A stretch of DNA of 64,000 nt from Gemmatimonadales bacterium (GTDB taxonomy: Bacteria > Gemmatimonadota > Gemmatimonadetes > Gemmatimonadales > Gemmatimonadaceae): assembly GCA_038203205.1 (NCBI GenBank), contig JBBREF010000003.1:10621-74620 (forward strand), written 5' to 3'. Below are positions 1 to 8,438 of this stretch, in pieces. The notes beneath the pieces were generated by a model. That model did no database searches. It had not been told where the DNA came from and saw only the letters and a program-made list of their open reading frames with translations. The translations under genes and the position numbers were made by a program. Position 1 is the stretch's first letter, and each line of letters opens with the position of its first letter.

Positions 1-2442
1 TCCGACCACCGCCGCATCCTCACCCCGCGCCTCGACCAGTTTCTTCTCCGCAGGAACCAGCAACGCCTCCGCCTCCGAATACCGGCCAGCGAGAACAAGA
101 TGAGCGCCAAGTATGCTCTCACTCGATGCGATCGCCCAATGGCCCTCGGGGAGGTGCTTCCGCCTCAATTCGAGGCTCTCACGTAAAGCCCGCTCGGCCA
201 CAGCGAGAGAATCCATTGGACCAAGTGCGCGCCCAAGTACTCCCATGGCAGTAGAGACAGCCATATGCGTATCCGGCAGCGTCTTCCCGCGAAGCGCCAG
301 CACCTTGCGCGACCATAGGGCCGCCTCCGGATAACGCTTCTTCCCAAGCAGATAGTCGGCGTAGTTGAACATCGTCCACGCATACTCGGGATGATCTTCG
401 CCAAGCAGCTTTTTTCGCATCGCCAGAACTTCGAGATACACGGAATCCGCCTTTGCGGATTTCCCGGCATACTCGAGCACCGATGCATATGGCGAAAGCA
501 TCGCCGCCAGCTCCGGGTGTTCATTCCCATATGCGCGACGCGCCGACGTTATCGCCGCTACATAGAGGGACTCGGCTTTCGGAAACTTCCCGAGCTCAGC
601 TTCCACGAATCCCAGATTCACGTAGGCGTAGGCAAGCAGTGAATCCCGCCCAGGCGCAGCTTTCGTCGTCACGTCGAGCGCTTCCTGAAAAACAGGTTCA
701 GCTTCCTGATTCTTGCCGAGCCTGGCCAGTATCCGCCCTCGCTGATCGAGAAACGTCGCATACTCGAGCGGATCCTTGTGCGGAAAACGATCGATCAAGA
801 CTGATGCAGTCTTCATAACTGAATCAGCAGCTGCGTACTCGCCCAGATATTCAAGAGCATGACTCTGCTTGGTCAGAGTCACGGCCGTCGCATAATCACC
901 ACCCGGCACGCGACGCTTGTGTGCGTCGAGCGCTCGACGAAACTGTGCTTCGCCAGCCTCGAATTCGCCAAGTCCCATGTAGGTGCTGCCAATGACACTG
1001 CGTATCTCCGCCTCGAGCTCGGGATTGCTCGCAAGCGTGTCAGCGTGCGCAGCCGCGGAGTCGAGCACTTCCCGCACCGTTACATCTTTCCCCAGCGACG
1101 CCGGATCTGCAGACCCCAGCATCGTCGCGATGAAATCGGTCACCTGCTCTGCCCGGCGACTTTGCGCCTCAGCCCGCCGGGCTTGCATGGTCGTCGCAAC
1201 CAATCCTGCAACGAGCGACAATACGGCGAGAGACAACGCGGCAGTCTCGATCTTCCTGCGCCGAATGAGCTTCTTCATACGATACCCGACGCCGTCAGGC
1301 CGCGCCGATACTGGCAATCCGATGAGGTGCTGCTGAAGGTCGAACGCCATCAGGTCAGCCGATCCATAACGACGCTCGGCCTCTTTCCTCATCGCTTTGC
1401 TCACGATGGCGTCGAGGTCACCTTCCACGGCGGCGCGCGCACGCGATGCTGAGCGTTCACCGATCAGGGATGCCCGCGCTTCGGTAATTGACGCGCTTGG
1501 TCGCGGCGGCTCGGTCTCCAGCACGATCTTCTCGATCTCGCCGATGCTCTTTCCACGAAGATCGAATGGCCGATACCCGACCAGCAGCTCGAAGAGGATG
1601 ACGCCCAGCGCGTAGACATCGGCGCGCGTATCTACAGGAAGTCCGCGAACCTGTTCCGGCGACGCGTAGTCGGGGGTGAAAGACCGGCTGCCTGAAACCG
1701 TCAGCGGCATGGCAACATCGCCGTCCGGTGTCATCAAACGAGCAATGCCAAAATCGAGCAGCTTCACGCGTCCGTCACCGGTTACCAGGATGTTGCCCGG
1801 CTTCAGGTCACGATGCACCACGAGACTCCTGTGCGCACTCTGCACAGCGGCGCACACCTGGAGATAGAGCGAGAGCCGGTTGTGCACCGACATGTTCTGC
1901 TCGTCACACCACTGGGTTATCGGCAAGCCGTCAACGTATTCCATAATGATGTACGGCTGGCCATCATCGGTAACGCCGCCGTCGACCAGCGCAGCAATGT
2001 TGGGATGATTCAGGTTCGCAAGTATCTGCCGCTCAGCTCTGAACCTTGCGAGTGCCGGCTCACTTCCTACATGGCGGTGAAGAAACTTTACCGCGACACG
2101 CTTCTTGTACTGATCATCGTCGCGCGCCGCTTCGTACACCGCACCCATACCGCCCACACCTACGAGTCGAACAACACGGTACGCACCGACACGCGTGCCT
2201 ACCCAGCGATCCTCTCCCGTTGTCGCATCGATCAGTGCCGATGCTGAAACGGGGCTGCGGAACTGATCCTCACCAAGCTCGTGTGCCTTGATCAATGCGA
2301 GGACCTCGGTCCTCAGGTATTCATCGCCGGGCTCGAGAGTCTCCAGCAAAGCAGCACGTTCCGCAGCGGGGTGCTCGAGGGCTTCTTCGAAAAGCGCCTG
2401 GAGTCTCTCCAGGCGCGTGGGTGTCAGCGGATTGTCACTCAT
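1..2442 (-). CDS. Hanks-type Ser/Thr protein kinase with TM helix and C-terminal TPR repeats (3' end runs off window)
   Basis: Absent from the ORF track because the frame is open to the window edge. Manual translation gives MSDNPLTPTRLERLQALFEEALE..., GVGGMGAVYEA, VAVK, VVHRDLKPGNIL, KLLDFGIA and FTPDYASPEQ, then the TM segment AALSLAVLSLVAGLVAT and TPR-like helical repeats. Confidence 0.93.
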   Translation of the reverse strand, partial: MSDNPLTPTRLERLQALFEEALEHPAAERAALLETLEPGDEYLRTEVLALIKAHELGEDQFRSPVSASALIDATTGEDRWVGTRVGAYRVVRLVGVGGMGAVYEAARDDDQYKKRVAVKFLHRHVGSEPALARFRAERQILANLNHPNIAALVDGGVTDDGQPYIIMEYVDGLPITQWCDEQNMSVHNRLSLYLQVCAAVQSAHRSLVVHRDLKPGNILVTGDGRVKLLDFGIARLMTPDGDVAMPLTVSGSRSFTPDYASPEQVRGLPVDTRADVYALGVILFELLVGYRPFDLRGKSIGEIEKIVLETEPPRPSASITEARASLIGERSASRARAAVEGDLDAIVSKAMRKEAERRYGSADLMAFDLQQHLIGLPVSARPDGVGYRMKKLIRRRKIETAALSLAVLSLVAGLVATTMQARRAEAQSRRAEQVTDFIATMLGSADPASLGKDVTVREVLDSAAAHADTLASNPELEAEIRSVIGSTYMGLGEFEAGEAQFRRALDAHKRRVPGGDYATAVTLTKQSHALEYLGEYAAADSVMKTASVLIDRFPHKDPLEYATFLDQRGRILARLGKNQEAEPVFQEALDVTTKAAPGRDSLLAYAYVNLGFVEAELGKFPKAESLYVAAITSARRAYGNEHPELAAMLSPYASVLEYAGKSAKADSVYLEVLAMRKKLLGEDHPEYAWTMFNYADYLLGKKRYPEAALWSRKVLALRGKTLPDTHMAVSTAMGVLGRALGPMDSLAVAERALRESLELRRKHLPEGHWAIASSESILGAHLVLAGRYSEAEALLVPAEKKLVEARGEDAAVVG

Positions 2443-2445
2443 TGG

Positions 2446-3006
2446 TCAGGCAGTAGCCTCGAGGGAGCGTAAGAGAAATGCGCGCGCGAATGTCCAGTCT
2501 CGCTTGACGGTTGCCGGGGAGATACCGAGGGCATGGGCGGTTTCATCTATCTCGAGCCCGCCGAAAAAGCGGAGCTCCACAACGCGTGCCTGTCGCGGTG
2601 CTGCAGCATCGAGTCTCTCGAGCGCTTCATCGAGCGCCACCAGGTCGAGTGACCGATCGGGCGCGGAGCTTATCGACTCGTCGAGCGTCACGCGTATCCC
2701 ATGATCGCGCTTCTGCCGAAGCCTGTGACGTGCATGATCGACGAGAATCCTGCGAATCGTGCGCGCTGCGACAGCGAAAAATTGCGCGCGGTTCTGCCAC
2801 GATATGTTCTTCTGGCCAACCAGACGAATGAACGCTTCGTCCACGAGCTCCGTCGGCTGCAGCGTGTGACCTTCGCTCTCTCGGCGCATCGCAGCCTGGG
2901 CAATGCGATGCAGGTCCGCGAACACTGCTGAAGCAAGACGGTCAGCGGCACCTGCAACGCCATTCTCCACGTCCTGGAGGATCGCCGTGATTTCCATTGG
3001 CGACAA
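2446..3006 (-). CDS. ECF sigma factor, STK-associated (ECF43 / TIGR02999-like)
   Basis: HTLQPTELVDEAFIRL, RRILVDHAR, ARVVELRFFGGL and TVKRDW motifs; its stop lies 3 nt before the kinase start. Confidence 0.93.
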   Translation of the reverse strand: MSPMEITAILQDVENGVAGAADRLASAVFADLHRIAQAAMRRESEGHTLQPTELVDEAFIRLVGQKNISWQNRAQFFAVAARTIRRILVDHARHRLRQKRDHGIRVTLDESISSAPDRSLDLVALDEALERLDAAAPRQARVVELRFFGGLEIDETAHALGISPATVKRDWTFARAFLLRSLEATA

Positions 3007-3248
3007 CCATACGGAACCTGATGTACCCGCGCAAACAGTCGCGCAGTTACAAAATCATTACGTCGGGATTGCTGCGCCGCCCCATGCCTTCGGCAGGGCG
3101 TAAGTTGTGAATTCTCCATAAGATCCAGCTCCTTTCACTTAGAGACGCGACATCGAGCGGAGCCGAGGCTCATGTTCGTGGCTACAGAACCCATGCTTCG
3201 GGCTCCAGGCACTCTGGCCATCCCGTTGTTCCGGGCTTTTGTCGGTTA

Positions 3249-3287
3249 TTGCATATGCAACAATTTCGTTATATCTTGCATCTGAAT
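3249..3287 (+). promoter_or_regulatory. sigma70-like promoter (TTGCAT-17-TATCTT) with palindromic operator for the TA operon
   Basis: Perfect palindrome TTGCATATGCAA at 3249-3260 covers the -35; -10 is at 3272-3277; a degenerate second copy TTGCATCTGAAT at 3276-3287 covers the start. Confidence 0.65.
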
Positions 3288-3654
3288 GACTCACCCGCAA
3301 ACTCTCCCGGCTGCCGCACCCGTTCTCGCCAAGGCGGCGATCAACGCCGCTGAAAGACTGGGACTGCGCAACAGGCACCTGGCAGAGATTATCGGGACGA
3401 GTGAGGCATCGATCTCCCGGTTGCGGAGTGGGCGCGGCCTCGACCCAGAGCGAAAGGAGGGGGAACTCGCGCTTCTTTTCCTGCGGTTGTTCAGGTCGCT
3501 CGACGCATTAGTCGGTGGCGACGACGAGAAGGCGCGTGTTTGGATTCATGCGGAGAACGATCACGTCGGCGGAGTTCCTGCCACTCGCATCCGCACGGTC
3601 GAGGGACTCATCGATGTCGTCCAGTATCTGGACGCGATGCGCGGGCGACTCTGA
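3286..3654 (+). CDS. Antitoxin, Xre/MbcA/ParS family
   Basis: N-terminal HTH (LAEIIGTSEASISRL) and C-terminal W..AEN..GGVP...EGLIDVVQYLDAMRG; directly upstream of the RES gene. Confidence 0.92.
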   Translation: MTHPQTLPAAAPVLAKAAINAAERLGLRNRHLAEIIGTSEASISRLRSGRGLDPERKEGELALLFLRLFRSLDALVGGDDEKARVWIHAENDHVGGVPATRIRTVEGLIDVVQYLDAMRGRL

Positions 3655-4369
3655 GCTGCGCGTGCTTCACCTCTCGTCGTGGCGAGTGGTGGAGGCGCAA
3701 CATCAGGTGTCCACGCGCAAGCTCGTCGATTCCGCCGAGGAGCAGGAGCTTCTCGAGGCGTTGATCGACGGCGTGAAGCCGCCTGATGTTACAAAAGGCG
3801 GATTGCATTACCTCCTTTTCACTCCGTTCAGGTACCCACCGCTCAGGCATGGGTCCCGTTTTGGATCACGGCGCGAGCGAGGCATCTGGTACGGTTCCAT
3901 TGAGCGTCGGACAGCGTTTGCGGAGATCGCCTATTACAGGTTCGTGTTCCTCGAAGGCACTCGCGGGGACATGGGCACTGTGGAGACTGCGCTTACTGCA
4001 TTCACGGCACGCGCGCGCACTGCTCGCGGCATTGATCTCGTTGCGCCTCCTTTTGATGTCTCTCATCGTGTGATATCGTCACCGACGAGCTACTCGTCAT
4101 CGCAGGCTCTTGGTTCCGCAATGCGAGAGGCCGGCGTCGAGGCGTTCAGATATCCGTCGGCGCGGGATCGGGATCAAGGCATCAACGTCGGGGTCTTCAT
4201 ACCAGGAGTTTTCGGAAGGGCAAAACCGCAGTCGTTCGAAACGTGGCACTGCGCAGCATCGCGCGAGCGTGTAGATATAACGCAGGCCGATTACTTCAAG
4301 CGAGACCGGTTCGCGTTTCCCCGCACGCAGTTTCTGGTGAAGGGGATATTGCCGGCGCCGGCGTTATAA
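3614..4369 (+). CDS. RES-domain toxin (NAD+ phosphorylase/mART-like)
   Basis: WRVVEAQH, TPFRYPP, GSRFG, GIWYGS, AFAEIAYYR and FRYPSARD motifs. Start chosen at ATG 3614, overlapping the antitoxin end. Confidence 0.9.
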   Translation: MSSSIWTRCAGDSELRVLHLSSWRVVEAQHQVSTRKLVDSAEEQELLEALIDGVKPPDVTKGGLHYLLFTPFRYPPLRHGSRFGSRRERGIWYGSIERRTAFAEIAYYRFVFLEGTRGDMGTVETALTAFTARARTARGIDLVAPPFDVSHRVISSPTSYSSSQALGSAMREAGVEAFRYPSARDRDQGINVGVFIPGVFGRAKPQSFETWHCAASRERVDITQADYFKRDRFAFPRTQFLVKGILPAPAL

Positions 4370-4462
4370 CGTCTTCTTTTACAGTTAGACCCAGGGGGTT
4401 ACGGATTTGACTGATAAACAACGGATTCGACGGATCGGGCGCATCACGTCAAGGTTTCATCG

Positions 4463-4612
4463 ATGATCAGACTGATACTCATTGCGCTCGTCGTAATGTT
4501 CGTCGTGCGAGTTCTGCTGCGCCGGCGCAAGGAACCCGAGCTGCTCGATGAGGTTCATCCGGTAGAAACCTTAAAAGAGGATCGCGAGTCGCTGCGGTCG
4601 GGTGAGCCTTAG
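4463..4612 (+). CDS. Putative small single-pass membrane protein (49 aa)
   Basis: MIRLILIALVVMFVVRVLLRRRKEPELL...: hydrophobic helix followed by a basic stop-transfer cluster; below the ORF-track cutoff. Confidence 0.45.
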   Translation: MIRLILIALVVMFVVRVLLRRRKEPELLDEVHPVETLKEDRESLRSGEP

Positions 4613-5062
4613 TCCCGGGATTGCCTCATGCTCGGTGCATCGCCTATTTCGCGCAATATGTCGATGGCGAGATTCGCGATCCGGCTCAATCCATCGTAGT
4701 TCACCTTTTCAGCATCATCGGTCGTGTTGTGATAGTCATCATGCGTACCGGTGTAGAAAGACAAGGCTGGAATGCCTCGTCGACGAAAGTTTACGTGATC
4801 AGATCTTTCGTCGAAGAACTCTCCGGGATATCTGCGCTCCAGAGCAGCCTCATGCCGCTGCTACATAGGCGGCGGCGGCATCGAGCTGCGGGCTCGGGGT
4901 CGGCCGCCCGGCCGCTGAGTCATGCGCCAGAGCTTCAACTACCCTGCGCAACTGCCCCGCGTCGAGGTGAGCGCGAGCCGCATTCGTTTGAGCACTGATT
5001 GGGAAAACGGCAACCAGCACAATCGCGGCGGCGATCGTGGAGTTACGGGCCAGGTAGAACAT
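4609..5062 (-). pseudogene. M28-family peptidase remnant with large internal out-of-frame deletion
   Basis: Signal peptide plus ALAHDSAAGRPTPSPQLDAAAAYV (M28 N-terminus) stops at 4850. Another frame then gives RYPGEFFDERSDHVNFRRRGIPALSFYTGTHDDYHNTTDDAEKVNY (M28 C-terminus). The middle catalytic region is absent. Confidence 0.82.
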
Positions 5063-5147
5063 TGGAGTTGGAGGTCTGGGTGGTCGGAGTACGTGGTCTG
5101 TGACACGCGCAATGCCCAAACGGTTCGGTTCGTGGGGACCGACAACG

Positions 5148-5630
5148 TCACTCCTGAACGAAGGTGTCACCCCGGTGCTGACGCAGCACCTCATACACCG
5201 CGAGGGCCACGCTCGTCGAAAGGTTGAGGGAGCGTACAAGCTCCGATGCCATTGGCATCGCAAAGAACCGATCCCCGTACCGCTCGTGAAGCTCGGATGG
5301 CAGCCCGCCGGTCTCGCGACCGAATATCAGCACCGTGTCCCCGTCCGACGCAAATTGAGCATCCCAGTACACGCGCGTTGCTTTAGTCGAAAAAAAGTAT
5401 GGTTCGCCGAGCCGCGGCAGCTCGCTCTCAAACGCATTCCAGTCGGGCCAGATGTGGAGATCGACATGTTTCCAGTAGTCGAGTCCGGCGCGCTTTAATT
5501 CACGCTCATCAAGAGAGAACCCAAGCGGCTCTATGAGATGCAAAGCGGCGCCGGTTGCCAGGCATGTACGACCGACGTTACCCGTGTTCCAGTGAATCTC
5601 GGGATTAACGAGAACGATGCTTATCGCCAG
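5148..5630 (-). CDS. trmL: tRNA (cytidine(34)-2'-O)-methyltransferase (SPOUT)
   Basis: IVLVNPEIHWNTGNVGRTC, LHLIEPLGF, RAGLDYW, FGRETGGL and RSLNLS motifs; apparent CTG start after GAGGA. Confidence 0.92.
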   Translation of the reverse strand: MAISIVLVNPEIHWNTGNVGRTCLATGAALHLIEPLGFSLDERELKRAGLDYWKHVDLHIWPDWNAFESELPRLGEPYFFSTKATRVYWDAQFASDGDTVLIFGRETGGLPSELHERYGDRFFAMPMASELVRSLNLSTSVALAVYEVLRQHRGDTFVQE

Positions 5631-5675
5631 CGAGATATCCTCGTCTCCATGATTCCGAATCTCCGGCGAAGAGCG

Positions 5676-6155
5676 CTAGTTCCCCGGTCGTCTGGGCAGT
5701 TGACTGCCGTTATCCATGTCAGAGGCGATCAGCCAGCGCGCATCACTCCCTCGACGCAACGTCAGTGTGAACTTTCCCTCATCACCCCGCGATTCGCCAT
5801 AACCATATGCGCCGATGATGTACGCGATCCTGCCGGACTCATCATATGCGAGGGCGCGAAGTCTCAACGGCCCTCCCGCCTGGCCGCGATATACAGTTTC
5901 GAGCGCGGCATGCCCTCGAGCCGGTGGACGCCCCGGCTGGAGTACGAACCCATCCTCAGTGAAGAGAGCAACGAGAGCCGGGATATCGTTTGTGCGCCAC
6001 GCATTTTCGTAGTCACGCAACACGCGGTCCAGATGCGCTGGCAGGGTGACAGACGGCAGGGCTTCAGGAGCCGTCACTACCGCCGGAGGTGCTTGTGCCG
6101 GCAACCGCGAGCAGGCAAGCACCAGTGTGAACGACAATATTCTGAGTTGATTCAT
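5676..6155 (-). CDS. Exported NTF2-like (DUF4440/SgcJ-EcaC type) protein
   Basis: Signal peptide from ATG 6155; ALVALFTEDG, GKFTLTLRR..WLIASD. Confidence 0.8.
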   Translation of the reverse strand: MNQLRILSFTLVLACSRLPAQAPPAVVTAPEALPSVTLPAHLDRVLRDYENAWRTNDIPALVALFTEDGFVLQPGRPPARGHAALETVYRGQAGGPLRLRALAYDESGRIAYIIGAYGYGESRGDEGKFTLTLRRGSDARWLIASDMDNGSQLPRRPGN

Positions 6156-6334
6156 GGCAAATCCCCTGAGTGCAGGCGCACCGTATGACACGCGGCGTGG
6201 TCGAGTTGTCGTCACGGTCCTCGACGCGCAGAACGAATTGTCAGCTGCAACTTCCCTCCACTCGAATGAATCGTCAAATGTACAACTCGTCCCGCACACG
6301 CCCAATGAAATCTCACCATTAGATTGCGCGGCTG

Positions 6335-8296
6335 ATGAGTGCTGCAAAAACTTTCGTGGACCGTTTGCGCGATGTGGATGCTGGCGCCCTGCTGGAAAAT
6401 GGAGCGGGTCTGGACATCAGGTTTCACTCCAATCCGGCCGGTTTGCATTGCGCAGATATCCCGCTCGTCGTGAGCGATGGGCGCGGCAAGAAGGCAGCAA
6501 TATTTTCGCCCACCGGTCACTACCTCGACTATCCGCTCCTCGAGATGGGGCGCAACACTGCCCGCACCCACAGGCTAGGCCTCGCTGCGCTTGGCACGCC
6601 CTGGCGCACAATGTTTCGAGCTACCGCGTTCGATCGGGTCGTCTACGTCAACAACTGGCTGCTCAACGGCTCGCCATCGCTCGATCTCGGACATGACCAC
6701 CTGGTCGGCCTGATCGATGGAATACGATCGAACTATCCGGATCACGCCCTGATTTTTTCAGGCATCGTACCGGCGGTCACTCCACAATTCGCGAGAACTC
6801 TCACGGCGATCGGCGGGCGTGCAGTCCAGAGCCGGATCGTGCACGTGCTCGATGTGCGGCCAACTGCAGCGTCGCTGGCCCGAAGAGGAGTGAGAGAAAA
6901 ACGGAACGTCGATCGCAGGCTGTACGAGAAGCGCTCCGTCGATCGAACTTCAGACCGAAAAGTTCTCCTCACCATGGTTGATCGCCTTCGCGACCTCTAC
7001 GCCCAGCTCTATCTCAGCAAATACTCGTCGATGAACCCGCAGTACACCGGAGAGTTCTTCCGCCTGATGCTCGAGTCAGATGAGTTTCAGGCTGCAGGCT
7101 GGTATGGCGATGACGGGCGGCTCGAGGCGTTCAACATCAGGCTGATACAGGGCGGCATCAATCACTGTTCGCTTTGTGGATACGACACTACCGCACCGCG
7201 GAAGAAAGGATTGTTCCGGCTGATTGCCGCTGAAGACATTCTTGGCCCAGGCGAGTGTGAACTCATCAACTGGGGTGGCGGCAACGCGTCATTCAAGAAA
7301 TTCCGTGGCGCCGAGCCGGTACTCGAGTACGACATCGTCTTCGACAAGCACCTCTCGGCGCGACGACGGCTCCCATGGCGGGTTCTTCGGGAGATGAGAG
7401 GGTTCAGGCACGCGACGAATCAGTCGAGCATGCGCCGAATCGGTGCAGCTTCTGTTGATCCACCGAAGGGCGGAGCACGACGAGTCGCACTCATCACCAG
7501 CATTCCCGAGCTCGTCGCGCCGTTTTTTTCCGCCGACCTGAAATCTTATGACTTGGAAATCCCTGTTGTGGTTTTGATACAACCATCGACGCTCCTTGCA
7601 GACCGGCTGCGTGATCTGCCTCGCACGCTGAGGCGGCAAGCGAAGCTGAATGGAACGTCACGGGTGCTGCAGCTGATCAATCGCGTGCTGTACTACAGGG
7701 TCGTGTCGGATTGTGCACCCGATGGGATCGAGGTCCCGACACGCTCTGCAGCGCTCGACACGTTGACGCGGGGGCGGATCGTCATCGACGCCAGCTCCGC
7801 AAACGACAGCTCCGTCGCAGCAGCGCTCAAGGAAGCTGACTGCGAACTAGGATTGGTAATCGGCGCGGATATGTTGACGCGTGCGACACTCGAGGCGATC
7901 GAGCTCCCGCTGGTAAACCTTCATTTGAGCGACCCGGCATTTGCGCGGGGCATGCCGCCGATTTTCTGGGAGATTCACGCCGGCAGAAGTGAAGTCACGC
8001 TGACGCTGCATCGACTCGTCGCAAAGCTGGATGCCGGGCCCGTATTGATGCAACGGCCTGTAGCGATTCAGTGGCGGCCAACTCTCGCTGGAACCATCAA
8101 TGCGACGCGACATCTCGTCGCGAAGGAGATCGGGAGTTTTCTTGTCGAGGCGCTTCCGGAGATTCTTGACGGTCGATTGATCGAAACGCGGATCGATCAC
8201 GGGGCGGTCAGGACCATTCCGCGAATCGCAGACGTGATGAGGGCGCGAAAGATCTGCAGATTACGAGCTGCAGCATCCCAGTCTTCAACAGACTGA
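6335..8296 (+). CDS. GNAT-like domain fused to C-terminal formyltransferase domain
   Basis: N-terminal VYVNNWLL, LYLSKYSSMNPQYT, GYD and GGGNASFKKFRGA (GNAT/Fem-like); C-terminal NLH...RGMPPIFW...TLH....LDAGPV (formyl_trans_N). Confidence 0.75.
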   Translation: MSAAKTFVDRLRDVDAGALLENGAGLDIRFHSNPAGLHCADIPLVVSDGRGKKAAIFSPTGHYLDYPLLEMGRNTARTHRLGLAALGTPWRTMFRATAFDRVVYVNNWLLNGSPSLDLGHDHLVGLIDGIRSNYPDHALIFSGIVPAVTPQFARTLTAIGGRAVQSRIVHVLDVRPTAASLARRGVREKRNVDRRLYEKRSVDRTSDRKVLLTMVDRLRDLYAQLYLSKYSSMNPQYTGEFFRLMLESDEFQAAGWYGDDGRLEAFNIRLIQGGINHCSLCGYDTTAPRKKGLFRLIAAEDILGPGECELINWGGGNASFKKFRGAEPVLEYDIVFDKHLSARRRLPWRVLREMRGFRHATNQSSMRRIGAASVDPPKGGARRVALITSIPELVAPFFSADLKSYDLEIPVVVLIQPSTLLADRLRDLPRTLRRQAKLNGTSRVLQLINRVLYYRVVSDCAPDGIEVPTRSAALDTLTRGRIVIDASSANDSSVAAALKEADCELGLVIGADMLTRATLEAIELPLVNLHLSDPAFARGMPPIFWEIHAGRSEVTLTLHRLVAKLDAGPVLMQRPVAIQWRPTLAGTINATRHLVAKEIGSFLVEALPEILDGRLIETRIDHGAVRTIPRIADVMRARKICRLRAAASQSSTD

Positions 8297-8341
8297 GTCC
8301 GTCCTGAAACTAGTAAAAGGAGTGGGGTGAGTTGTCACGAG

Positions 8342-8429
8342 GGGCGTGAGTTTTCTCCCTCGGGTACCGTCACGATTCCCGGCGCTGACGGGCGAACGCA
8401 ACCACGCATGGGGAGGAGGTTTCGCGCTC
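8342..8429 (+). other. Long G-U-rich stem-loop in convergent intergenic region (possible structured RNA or terminator)
   Basis: 8342-8360 can pair with 8410-8429 using many G-U pairs; inner stem CCGTCA/TGACGG. Confidence 0.35.
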
Positions 8430-8438
8430 ACCTCCGGC

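Noticed and set aside
113-2704. Many plus-strand ORFs in the track
   Set aside because: Antisense shadows of the minus-strand kinase and ECF genes, typical of high-GC DNA.
2446-3006. This ECF as the factor that recognises the RAE
   Set aside because: It is about 43 kb away with no sequence evidence linking the two.
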